A stretch of DNA of 64,000 nt from Deltaproteobacteria bacterium (GTDB taxonomy: Bacteria; JAGRBM01; JAHCIT01): positions 124,001 through 188,000 of the forward strand of contig JAHCIT010000004.1 of assembly GCA_026129095.1 (NCBI GenBank), given 5' to 3'. This document shows, piece by piece, positions 28,939 to 38,325 of the stretch. Each line of letters starts with the position of its first letter. The first letter of the stretch is position 1. A program made the translations under genes and the position numbers. Under the pieces are notes generated by a model, which saw only the letters and a list, made by a program, of their open reading frames with translations, ran no database searches and was not told the DNA's origin.

Positions 28939-29718
28939 ATGAAGCTGCCGGCCATCTTCACCCCCATCGTCGTTCTGTACCAGAACGTCCGCGACATCGC
29001 ACGCCTGTTCGCCGAGACGGTTTTCTACACGTTTACCCCGCCCTACCGGCTGCGGCCGATCCTGGACCAGATTTACTGGATCGGCGTCAACTCGACGGCC
29101 ATTGTCCTCTCGACCATCGCCTTCGTCGGCATGATCTCGATCGTCGAGCTGTCGTTCCAGATGGATACGGTTCTGCACACGACCGAATTCGTGCCGGGCT
29201 TTGCCACCGTGCTGATCCTGCGCGAATTCGCCAGCGTGATTCCCGCCGCCATGATGGCCGGCAAGGTAGGGGCCGGCATCACGGCGGAAATCGGCAGCAT
29301 GCAGCTCACCGAACAGATCGATGCGCTCCGGCTTATCTCCATCAACCCGGTGCGGCACCTCGTCGTGCCCCGGTTCGTGGCGTCGGTCCTGAGCCTGATG
29401 ATGCTTTCGTGCATTGCTGCCGTCGTCGCCATCATCACCGGCATGATCGTCTGCTCGATCAGCCTGGATATCGACTGGCTGCTGTTCATTAACAGCGCAC
29501 GGAACTTCGTGAAGCCCATTGATCTGGGCATCAATGTGTTCAAGGCGTTCATTTTTGGAATGATTATCCCCGTGGTGGCTTCCTATTACGGATTCCGGAC
29601 CACGGGGGGTGCTGAAGGGGTCGGGATTGCCTGTACCAAGTCCGTTGTGTATTCGGGTCTGGTCATCGTCATCCTCGACTTCTTCATGACCTGGGTGGCT
29701 TCCGTCTACATTTTGTAA
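28939..29718 (+). CDS. mlaE: MlaE family ABC permease 2
   Basis: AEIGSMQLTEQIDAL and GGAEGVG. Confidence 0.92.
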   Translation: MKLPAIFTPIVVLYQNVRDIARLFAETVFYTFTPPYRLRPILDQIYWIGVNSTAIVLSTIAFVGMISIVELSFQMDTVLHTTEFVPGFATVLILREFASVIPAAMMAGKVGAGITAEIGSMQLTEQIDALRLISINPVRHLVVPRFVASVLSLMMLSCIAAVVAIITGMIVCSISLDIDWLLFINSARNFVKPIDLGINVFKAFIFGMIIPVVASYYGFRTTGGAEGVGIACTKSVVYSGLVIVILDFFMTWVASVYIL

Positions 29719-29766
29719 TTCGAGAAAGGAACCGGTTATAGAGGGCCGGACCGAGAGGATCAGGGA

Positions 29767-30882
29767 ATGAGCAGGGAATTCAAGGTTGGGATACTCGTCA
29801 TCGGAGCCGTGGTTGCCGCCATCGGTTTCATCGCGGTACTGAAGGGCGTCGGCATCGGGCCGCGGTCCTCTTACCGGCTCCGCGTGGGCTACAACTTCGC
29901 GGGCGGCCTGACCGTCGGCTCGCCCGTCCGCGTGTCGGGCGTCAAGGTGGGCAAGGTTCGCGGGATCAGGTTCTACGGAGAAGACCCCTCGATTCCGTAC
30001 CACGTCATTGTCACCATCGACATCGATGACAAGGCGCGTCCGTCGGTACGCCAGAACTCCAAGTTCCTCATCAACATGGCCGGCATCATCGGCGAGCGGT
30101 ATCTGGAGATCACTCCGGGCTCGAAGGACGCCGAGCCGTGGAAGCCGAACGAACTGGTCCCGGGCGTGGATCCGCCCCGCCTCGACCAGCTCATCTCGCA
30201 GGGCTACGCGGTCATGGGCGAGGTGCTCGACATCGTCGAGAAGAACCGCCCGCGCATCGAGCGCATGATTGCGGCCATCGATTCGTTCCTCCAGAACTTC
30301 GACGAGGAGCAGATGAAGGATGTGGGCCAGCTCATCGGCAACCTCTCGTCACTCGTCAAGATGCTGAACCAGAACGTCCCCGACATGGTCAAGGACCTGC
30401 GGCCGGTCCTGCGCGCTGCCCCCGGCATGATCAACGACCTGCGGCCGGTCCTGAAGGACGCGGGCCCGCTGGTGCGTAACGTCAACGCCGTGATGATGGA
30501 CCTGAAACCCATCCTGACCGACGCCCGGCCCATGCTGACGTCCCTCCAGAAGATGCTGCAGGACCTCCAGAAATACAGCAAGGCCAACGACACCAGCCTG
30601 TCCACGCTCATCAAGCAGATCATCCGGATCGTCCAGAACATGGACGGCCTGGTTGCCGGCGGGAATACCGTCCTGAACAACCTGTCGTTCGCCGACGAGC
30701 AGTGGATCCGCTACTTCCTCCAGGAGGAAGGCCTCAAGGTCTACGCGAGCCTTGGCAGCCCGAATGCGCGCTACCAGGTGCCGCCACCGCCGCCTCCGAA
30801 CGTCAAGCGGCCAACCCCGCCACCTCCCCAGCCGACCCCCGAGACGGCTGATATCGATCCGGATCAACGGCTCCGCCGGTAG
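29767..30882 (+). CDS. mlaD: MlaD/MCE family protein with long helical extension
   Basis: GLTVGSPVRVSGVKVGKV and GIIGERYLEITPG, followed by DLRPVL-type helical repeats. Confidence 0.9.
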   Translation: MSREFKVGILVIGAVVAAIGFIAVLKGVGIGPRSSYRLRVGYNFAGGLTVGSPVRVSGVKVGKVRGIRFYGEDPSIPYHVIVTIDIDDKARPSVRQNSKFLINMAGIIGERYLEITPGSKDAEPWKPNELVPGVDPPRLDQLISQGYAVMGEVLDIVEKNRPRIERMIAAIDSFLQNFDEEQMKDVGQLIGNLSSLVKMLNQNVPDMVKDLRPVLRAAPGMINDLRPVLKDAGPLVRNVNAVMMDLKPILTDARPMLTSLQKMLQDLQKYSKANDTSLSTLIKQIIRIVQNMDGLVAGGNTVLNNLSFADEQWIRYFLQEEGLKVYASLGSPNARYQVPPPPPPNVKRPTPPPPQPTPETADIDPDQRLRR

Positions 30883-30991
30883 TTGCCGGATCGGGCCTGA
30901 AAACAGCAAGGGCGCCCCGGAACGGGCGCCCTCGCCTTTTGGAGAGGCCTCCCCTTCACCCGGGGGGCTGCGGGCATTAGATTAGCGGGCG

Positions 30992-31867
30992 GTGATGATC
31001 GACTTTCACATGCACTCGACGGCTTCGGACGGCGTACATGCGCCCGAAATCCTCATGCGCCGGGCGGGCGCGGCAGGAGTCCGCACGCTGGCGCTTACCG
31101 ATCACGACACCTTCGGGGGCTTCGAGGATGCAGCAGCGGAAGCCCGGAAGCTCGGCATGGACATTCTGCCTGCCGCCGAGGTTTCCACGACTTTCCGCAA
31201 CCGGAGCTGCCACATCCTCGCCTTCTTCGGCGACCGGGACCAGGCGGAAGTCACCAGCCGGTGGCTTGCCGGATTCCGGCAGGCCCGCGAGGACCGCCTG
31301 CACGAAACCTGCGAGCGGTTCGCACGGATGGGAATCAGGCTGACCCCCGAACAGGTGCATGCCGAGGCGGGACCGGCGGCCGTCCACCGGCCCCACATTG
31401 CCCGTGCACTGGTGAAGACCGGCGCCGTCAAGTCGCCCAAGGAGGCCTTCGACCGGTTCCTGCACGACGGCGGACCAGCCTATGTGCCCTACGAGACGCC
31501 CGACGCCCGCTCAGCCCTCTGGCTGCTCCGGGAACAGGGCGCGTACACGAGCCTCGCGCATCCGGCCATTGACCGGTTCGGCGAGACGGATATCCGCGAA
31601 CTCGCCCAGCACGGCCTCCATGCGGTGGAGGTCTACCATTCCGAACACCGCCCTGCCGATCGCCGCCGTCTCCGGCAGATCACGGGGCAGTTCAGACTCG
31701 GAATGACCGGCGGCAGCGACTACCACGGCGACGACAAGTGCTCGTTCTATACCGATTCGACCGAGGGACACGGTGTCCCGCTTCACGTGCTCGATTCGCT
31801 CCTGGACGGCATCCGTGGTGCCCGCGAGCAGGCCCCCCATATCCGGCGCCTGCATGGAGTCTCCTGA
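30992..31867 (+). CDS. PHP domain phosphoesterase (TrpH/YciV-like)
   Basis: DFHMHSTASDG, ALTDHD, LAHP and TGGSDYHG. Confidence 0.92.
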   Translation: MMIDFHMHSTASDGVHAPEILMRRAGAAGVRTLALTDHDTFGGFEDAAAEARKLGMDILPAAEVSTTFRNRSCHILAFFGDRDQAEVTSRWLAGFRQAREDRLHETCERFARMGIRLTPEQVHAEAGPAAVHRPHIARALVKTGAVKSPKEAFDRFLHDGGPAYVPYETPDARSALWLLREQGAYTSLAHPAIDRFGETDIRELAQHGLHAVEVYHSEHRPADRRRLRQITGQFRLGMTGGSDYHGDDKCSFYTDSTEGHGVPLHVLDSLLDGIRGAREQAPHIRRLHGVS

Positions 31868-31868
31868 C

Positions 31869-32573
31869 ATGAACCCGCCAGACGACAGCGAAATCATCAT
31901 CCGCCAGCTGGTGAACGGGCCGTTCCAGGAAAACTGCTGGCTGGTGGGTGATCCGGCAACGAAGCGGTGCACGCTCGTCGATCCGGGCAGCTCTGCCGAG
32001 GGCATCCTGGAGTTCATAGACCAGATGGGCCTGAAGCTCGACAAGATCACCAACACCCACGGGCACATGGACCATGCGGGCGCCGTCGCGCCGATCAAGC
32101 GCGAGCGCGGCGTCGGGTTCTGGATCCACCGGGGCGAGACGATGAACCTCCAGTCCATGCCCAAGTGGGGACCGCTCATGGGCATGGGCGACCTTGAGGT
32201 TCCGGAGGTCGAGCACTGGATCGAGGACGGAGACGAGATTCCGGTCGGCAACCTCACGCTGAAATCGCTGGCGACGCCGGGCCACACAGCCGGCGGCGTT
32301 TCGTTCCTCGTGGGCGGACGCCACCTATTCGTCGGGGACACGATCTTCCAGGGTTCGGTGGGCCGCACCGACCTGCCGGGCGGGAACTATGACACGCTGA
32401 TCGAATCGATCCGTACGAAAATACTACCGCTGCCGGACGACACCCTGATCTATTCCGGTCACGGCCCGGTCACCACGCTCGGGCACGAGCGGCGGCGCAA
32501 CCCGTTCATCCTGAAACCCGAGCTGTTCCGTGAGCAGATGGTGTCCGGCCGCCAGGGCGGCATGATGGGCTGA
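31869..32573 (+). CDS. MBL-fold metallo-hydrolase (glyoxalase II-like)
   Basis: THGHMDH, TPGHT, GRTDLPGG and SGHGP. Confidence 0.92.
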   Translation: MNPPDDSEIIIRQLVNGPFQENCWLVGDPATKRCTLVDPGSSAEGILEFIDQMGLKLDKITNTHGHMDHAGAVAPIKRERGVGFWIHRGETMNLQSMPKWGPLMGMGDLEVPEVEHWIEDGDEIPVGNLTLKSLATPGHTAGGVSFLVGGRHLFVGDTIFQGSVGRTDLPGGNYDTLIESIRTKILPLPDDTLIYSGHGPVTTLGHERRRNPFILKPELFREQMVSGRQGGMMG

Positions 32574-32576
32574 CCG

Positions 32577-33374
32577 CTATTCCGGCTTCTTGCGGTCGAG
32601 GAACGCCTGCATCCGTTCCTTTGGCTCGCTCACCCTGAACGACTCGGCAAACGCCCCGATACCGGCCTTCACGGCACGGTCCACCGGAAGATTTTCCCAC
32701 TTGTGCATCAGTTTCTTCTGGAGCCGGATTGCATTGGGCCCGCATTCGAGGACCGGGGCAACCAGCGATTCGACTTCGGCATCCAGCCGGGCCGCCGGGA
32801 CCAGCCGGTCAACAAGGCCCCATTCAAACGCCTTCTGCGCGCCGATCGCGTTGCCCGTATAGAGCAGTTCCCGCGTCCGCCCCCATCCGACAAGTTGCGG
32901 CAGCAGTGCCGCCTCGATCACCGAGGGGATACCCACCCGGACCTCCGGCATGGCAAACCGGGCATCCTCGCTGGCGACCCTGAGATCGCAGGAGACAGCC
33001 AGTTCCAGACCCGCGCCGATGCAGTGCCCCCGGATCCGCCCGATCACCGGGACCGGGAACGTGCGGAGCCCGTGGCAGGCCCGGTGCAGGTTCGTGATGA
33101 ACCGGCGGGCCGACGGAGGCGTCAGCTTCGACATGTCATGCAAACTGGCGCCGCCTACAAACGCCCGCTCTCCGGCACCAGTCACGACGAGAACCCGGAT
33201 ATCCCGGCGGCGGGAAAGGGTCCGGATGGCGGACACCAGTTCGGCAATCAGTCCACCCGTGAGCAGGTTGAGGGAGTTGTGCCCCTCGATGGCGAGGAGG
33301 CCCGCTCCGCGGGCATCCACGGACGAGGTGATCCTGCCGCCATCAGGCGACGGGCGGGCGGCCTTGCGCGTCAT
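32577..33374 (-). CDS. Enoyl-CoA hydratase/isomerase
   Basis: AFVGGA, GAGLELAVSCD and MPEVRVG. Confidence 0.9.
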   Translation of the reverse strand: MTRKAARPSPDGGRITSSVDARGAGLLAIEGHNSLNLLTGGLIAELVSAIRTLSRRRDIRVLVVTGAGERAFVGGASLHDMSKLTPPSARRFITNLHRACHGLRTFPVPVIGRIRGHCIGAGLELAVSCDLRVASEDARFAMPEVRVGIPSVIEAALLPQLVGWGRTRELLYTGNAIGAQKAFEWGLVDRLVPAARLDAEVESLVAPVLECGPNAIRLQKKLMHKWENLPVDRAVKAGIGAFAESFRVSEPKERMQAFLDRKKPE

Positions 33375-35943
33375 CCGGTCTCTCCATTCCCAGAACCTGC
33401 CCGACCTTTTCGGCCAGTTCCGTCACCGTGTACGGCTTGGACAGGAAACCGTCGATGGCCGGAGGCAGTTCCGGATTGTTGTAAAGCTCGCCGGCATAGC
33501 CGGAAATCACCAGTGTCCGTACGCCGGGATAACGCCTCCGCACCTGCCTGCACAGCTCCTGTCCATCCATGCCGGGCATGATCATGTCGGTAAAAAGGAG
33601 ATCCACCTGCCCCTTTTCCGTCTCCAGGATGGAGAGTGCCTCACCTGGCCCGGGCGCTTCGAGAACGGTGTAGTCCAGCTTTCCAAGCAGGCGGGCCGTG
33701 ACGCTGCGGACCCGCGCATCGTCCTCGACCAGCAGGATGCGCGAACTTTTCCCGCTGGCCGCAATCACTGGCGGCGGGGCCGGCACCGGAACCTCGCCCG
33801 TCGCTGGCAGGTAGACCCGGATCGTGGTGCCGCTGCCGACCTCGCTTTCCACGGCGACGCCTCCGCCCAGCGATTTCACGACGCCATAGACGACTGACAG
33901 GCCGAGCCCGGTTCCCTTCCCCGCTTCCTTGGTTGTGTAGAACGGTTCGAACATGTGCTTGCGGATTTCGGGCGGGATGCCGGTTCCGGTATCGGCGACC
34001 GAAAGCACCACATACTTGCCGGGTGCAATTCCGGCCGGATGCTGGCTGGCCAGGACCACCGATTCGAGGTTGGAGGCCGAGATCAACAGATCTCCGCCGG
34101 TCCGCATGGCATCGGCACCGTTCAGCGACAGGTTCAGGAGGACCTGCTCGATCTGCCCCGGATTGGCCTGCACTGCCCACAGGCCCGGCTCGGCCTTCAC
34201 CGACAGGCGGATGTGCTCTCCGATCATGCGGCAGAGCATCCGTGACTGGCGGTCTATCAGCCCGGCGAGATCGATCGAACACCGCTCATCGAGCTGGTAC
34301 CGGCTGAAGATCAGGAGCTGCCGTGTGATGGCCGCCGCCTGCTGCCCTGCCTCCAGTATGCCGGCCGCATCGCGGTGTATCTGGCTCTGCGGCTGGGCAT
34401 CCGAGAGGACCATCTGCGCGTTGCCGTTGATCAGCGTGAGCAGGTTGTTGAAATCGTGGGCAACGCCGCCAGCGAGCCTGCCGACCACTTCCATCCGGCG
34501 GGCCTGTTCGAGCTGGTCCTCCAGGCGGCGGCGGTTGCTGACGTCGGCAAAGATCACCACGAATCCGGCCGGAGTGTCTCCCCGCCGCAGTTCGCTCACC
34601 GTCAGCTCGATCTGGCAGACCGTGCCATCCTTCCGCCGCACCGCACCGGATACCAGTTCCTTTCCGGCCAGATCGGCAAGGACACCGGACCGGTGCGGGA
34701 CGCCATCATGGAGATTGAACGAGACAAACAGCGGCGACGCTTCGGCCCCCTCCAGCTCGATCGCCGGCCGGCCCAGCAGGCGGCAGCAGGCAGGATTCAC
34801 AAAGACGATCTTTCCGTCCGGCCCCACGCCGCAGATGCCCTCGTTCGCTGACAGCAGGATCAGCCGGTGCTGTCCGGTGATGCGGTCCAGCGACTCCGCC
34901 ATCCGGTCCACAGCCACGGCGAGCTGGCCGATTTCATCGTTCCCGTCCGCCAGTTCCGTCCGGACCGACAGGTCGCCCCCGCCCATCCGGTCCACCGCCG
35001 TCACCAGGCGGCCGATTCGCCGGCCGATCAGCATATCCCCGGTGAGCCAGGCCGCGAGTATCGCCAGTATGCCGACAATGCTCATGCCGGTAATGCCACG
35101 CCGGTAGGCGGCATCAATGGCCCCGAAGACCGTCTCCGACGGGACGCCCACGATGACCCGGAGCGGCTCCAGGCCGGACTCGCCGCTTACGGGTGTGAAC
35201 GCATGAATCCGCCGGACGCCATCCAGTCCGGCCGCCTCCACGGTTCCCGACGCCGCCGCGCCCATAAGTTTTGTCAGCGCCGTGTCGCTGATATCCTTGC
35301 CTGCCCACTGGGCGTGTTCGGGGTAGCGGTACAGGATCGTGTGGTGGCGGTCCAGCAGGATCAGCGTCGAGCCCGCGGGCAGCACCCGCGTGTAGGCCTC
35401 ATCGGCGAACGTCTCCAGATCCACTGCCACGTAAAGCACCGGCGGCAGCCCGCCTTCCGGTGCGGCCAGCGGCACGGCGAAGTTGACCGTGGACCGGTGC
35501 GTGACACGCCCGATCTGGTAGTTGCCCACCGAGAAGCCGCCGCTCGCCTGTGCTCTCAGGAAATAGGCCCGGTCCGAGAGGTCCGTGTCCATCTCGAACG
35601 GCAGGCCGCTGCAGAACAGCCTGCCTGAAGGGTCCGTCACCCCGATATTCACGTATTCGGGACTCGCCCGGAGGATATCCGCCAGGACGGCGCTGCATTC
35701 GGCCCCACGCTCGCGGGTCAGCACCGGAAGAAGGGCGAGCCCCTTGAGAAACCCCCTGGCGTTTTCAACACGCCGCTCGGCGAAGCCGCTGATGAACTCG
35801 GCCGTACGGAGCGCCTGCTGCTCGGCCTGCGCGGTCATGAGCCCGCGGAACTCGCGTGTGCCCAAGTACATGAAGGCGAGCGCAGGCGCGACCGCCAGCA
35901 CGGCAATGGCAATCAGTTGGGTGCGGATGGAGCGGCGTCCCAT
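33343..35943 (-). CDS. Hybrid sensor histidine kinase (dCache, HAMP, PAS, HisKA, HATPase, REC)
   Basis: AHDFNNLL, FEPFYTTK, GTGLGL and the receiver motifs LLVEDD, TDMIMP and KP. The start is 35943 or 35967. Confidence 0.93.
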   Translation of the reverse strand: MGRRSIRTQLIAIAVLAVAPALAFMYLGTREFRGLMTAQAEQQALRTAEFISGFAERRVENARGFLKGLALLPVLTRERGAECSAVLADILRASPEYVNIGVTDPSGRLFCSGLPFEMDTDLSDRAYFLRAQASGGFSVGNYQIGRVTHRSTVNFAVPLAAPEGGLPPVLYVAVDLETFADEAYTRVLPAGSTLILLDRHHTILYRYPEHAQWAGKDISDTALTKLMGAAASGTVEAAGLDGVRRIHAFTPVSGESGLEPLRVIVGVPSETVFGAIDAAYRRGITGMSIVGILAILAAWLTGDMLIGRRIGRLVTAVDRMGGGDLSVRTELADGNDEIGQLAVAVDRMAESLDRITGQHRLILLSANEGICGVGPDGKIVFVNPACCRLLGRPAIELEGAEASPLFVSFNLHDGVPHRSGVLADLAGKELVSGAVRRKDGTVCQIELTVSELRRGDTPAGFVVIFADVSNRRRLEDQLEQARRMEVVGRLAGGVAHDFNNLLTLINGNAQMVLSDAQPQSQIHRDAAGILEAGQQAAAITRQLLIFSRYQLDERCSIDLAGLIDRQSRMLCRMIGEHIRLSVKAEPGLWAVQANPGQIEQVLLNLSLNGADAMRTGGDLLISASNLESVVLASQHPAGIAPGKYVVLSVADTGTGIPPEIRKHMFEPFYTTKEAGKGTGLGLSVVYGVVKSLGGGVAVESEVGSGTTIRVYLPATGEVPVPAPPPVIAASGKSSRILLVEDDARVRSVTARLLGKLDYTVLEAPGPGEALSILETEKGQVDLLFTDMIMPGMDGQELCRQVRRRYPGVRTLVISGYAGELYNNPELPPAIDGFLSKPYTVTELAEKVGQVLGMERPDDAQGRPPVA

Positions 35944-36073
35944 GTCCCTCGCCTGCCTGCCCTTCACGGGATGATCAGGTATTCGCTCTTTCGTCCGCCA
36001 TTATTTCATAATACCGAAGCGTTGCAACGGGGGCCCCACGCACCCGCGGGCTGCGCGAGGAAAGAGGCCGAGC

Positions 36074-36838
36074 ATGAGTGTCCGTATTGAAAAAAAACCA
36101 CCGCTCTGGACCGTCATCATTGACCGCCCCGGTGAACGGAACGCCGTGGACCGGCCAACGGCGGAGGCCTTGAGTGCCGCCTTCCGCGAATTCGACGCCG
36201 ACCCGGAGGCGAGAGTGGCCGTCCTGTGGGGTGCGAACGGCACCTTCTGTGCCGGGGCGGACCTCAAGGCGATGGGTTCCGAGCGCAGCAACCGGGTGAC
36301 GCCGGACGGTGACGGGCCGATGGGGCCGACGCGGATGCTGCTCACGAAGCCGGTCATCGCCGCCATTTCCGGATACGCCGTGGCGGGCGGCATCGAGATA
36401 GCCGCCTGGTGCGACCTGCGGGTGATGGAAGAAGACGCCGTGGCCGGGGTGTTCTGCCGCCGGTGGGGCGTTCCGCTCATCGACGGCGGGACGATCCGGC
36501 TGCCGCGGCTCATCGGCCTCTCGCGTGCGCTGGACCTCATCCTCACCGGACGGCCGCTGGATGCGAAAGAGGCCCTCGCCATCGGGTTTGCGAACCGTGT
36601 CGTCCCCAAGGGGCAGGCCCGCGCCGAAGCCGAGAAGCTCGCCCTCGAAATCGCCTCGTTCCCCCAGACCTGCATGCGGGAAGACCGGCTCTCGGCCTAC
36701 GAGCAGTTTTCGATGGACCTGCCCGCCGCGATCCAGAACGAACTCAGGCACGGGCAGAAGGCCGTTTCGAGCCCCGAACTGATGCAGGGTCTGATGAAAT
36801 TCCGCTCTGGCGCCGGACGGCACGGGAAGTTCGGGTAA
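36074..36838 (+). CDS. Enoyl-CoA hydratase/crotonase
   Basis: FCAGADL and FCRRWGVPLIDGGT. Confidence 0.92.
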   Translation: MSVRIEKKPPLWTVIIDRPGERNAVDRPTAEALSAAFREFDADPEARVAVLWGANGTFCAGADLKAMGSERSNRVTPDGDGPMGPTRMLLTKPVIAAISGYAVAGGIEIAAWCDLRVMEEDAVAGVFCRRWGVPLIDGGTIRLPRLIGLSRALDLILTGRPLDAKEALAIGFANRVVPKGQARAEAEKLALEIASFPQTCMREDRLSAYEQFSMDLPAAIQNELRHGQKAVSSPELMQGLMKFRSGAGRHGKFG

Positions 36839-36883
36839 GGGCTGCCGGCAGCATCAAACTGAAAAGCATGACGGTGGCCAGAT

Positions 36884-37705
36884 ATGCCGCAAAACCTGAA
36901 ACAAAACGAAGCTCTGGGGAGTCGAATGCCCGTTCTTTTTGTGGGACATGGGTCCCCAATGAACGCGATCGAGAAAAACCCCTACACCCAGATGCTCGAA
37001 AACCTGGCCAGGAAAATCCAGAGGCCGAAAGCCATACTCGTGATTTCAGCTCACTGGATGAGCGAAGGCACATGGGTTCTTGGAATGGACAGGCCAAAGA
37101 CCATTCACGATTTTCATGGCTTTCCTCAAGAACTGTTTGATGTTCAGTATCCTGCTCCCGGCAGTCCCGGGACGGCAAGGCTCATTACGGATACGGTCAC
37201 AGACCCCAGAATCGGTAATGATCTTGGGACATGGGGATTGGATCATGGAGCCTGGTCGGTCCTGAGGCATATGTATCCCGAAGCCGATGTGCCTGTTCTT
37301 CAGATGAGTCTCTATATGGCCCGTCCTCCTGAATATCATTTCAATCTCGGGCAGCAGCTCTCAAAACTGCGTGATCTGGGCATACTGATCGCTGGCAGTG
37401 GAAACCTTGTCCATAATCTGCATCGAATGGACTGGGGTGCCCGCGCAAAGCCGCATGACTGGGCCGTGGAGTTTGATGCCTGGCTCAAGACGAGGCTTGA
37501 GGCTCGTGACTTTTCAGCCTTGATAAAGGACTTTCACAATACTGAGGCAGGGAAACTGAGCATCCCGACGATGGATCACTTTTTACCCTTGCATTACATA
37601 CTGGGGGCAGCAGATTCGGAAGACGAACTTCGCTTCGAGTTTGAAGAGATCCATCACGCTGCAATCTCGATGAGAACTTTCGGCTTCTGGCCGAAAGGGA
37701 TCTGA
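36884..37705 (+). CDS. ygiD: 4,5-DOPA dioxygenase extradiol (YgiD/DODA)
   Basis: FVGHGSPMNA, ISAHW, GLDHGAW, GSGNLVHNL and PTMDHFLPL. Confidence 0.93.
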   Translation: MPQNLKQNEALGSRMPVLFVGHGSPMNAIEKNPYTQMLENLARKIQRPKAILVISAHWMSEGTWVLGMDRPKTIHDFHGFPQELFDVQYPAPGSPGTARLITDTVTDPRIGNDLGTWGLDHGAWSVLRHMYPEADVPVLQMSLYMARPPEYHFNLGQQLSKLRDLGILIAGSGNLVHNLHRMDWGARAKPHDWAVEFDAWLKTRLEARDFSALIKDFHNTEAGKLSIPTMDHFLPLHYILGAADSEDELRFEFEEIHHAAISMRTFGFWPKGI

Positions 37706-37749
37706 CCTGATCTTCCCCCCGGAAACCGGGCCATTTTTCAGGCGAGACG

Positions 37750-38178
37750 TCAGCCGAATCTCCCCTTGAGGTCCGCCAGCAGCCGGTCCCGCACGAGCGG
37801 CGGCACCGTGTTGGCGAAGAACACGTCCGGGGGTTTCGGCCAGAACGGGTCGCGGAACTCCTGCCCGGCGTAGATCTTCACCGTCGAGTAGCGGGGAATC
37901 ACATGGAAGTGGACGTCCGGGTCCACCATCATCAGCATGAGATAGTTGATCTTCTCATAGGCGAAGGCCGCCTTGAGCGCCCGCTCGCAGTCCTGCGTGA
38001 CCCGCTTCAGCTCGAAGGCGGCCGCCTCGCTGATGGAGCCGAAGCTCTTCGCGTCATCCTTGCAAACGAGGACGAGGCTCCCCAGCGTCACCTGCCACGG
38101 CCGGAGCAGCGCGACCCAGTGGCTGTACTCCTTCAGGACCATATCGGGGTAGCCGAACTTCCGGGCGGTGTCGTTCAT
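37750..38178 (-). CDS. HIT family protein
   Basis: KINYLMLMMVDPDVHFHVIPRY. Confidence 0.88.
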   Translation of the reverse strand: MNDTARKFGYPDMVLKEYSHWVALLRPWQVTLGSLVLVCKDDAKSFGSISEAAAFELKRVTQDCERALKAAFAYEKINYLMLMMVDPDVHFHVIPRYSTVKIYAGQEFRDPFWPKPPDVFFANTVPPLVRDRLLADLKGRFG

Positions 38179-38325
38179 GGCCCTAAAACTGGCCGGGCGG
38201 GCCGCCGGAGGGCAAGCGGGCGGCTCCGGTGCTATAGTTCCCGCCGGAACCAGCACCTGACGCCGGTCATGCCCGGACGCCGGATGGCGTGACAGCCTTC
38301 AGTCACACCCAGAGGAGTCTCCCAG

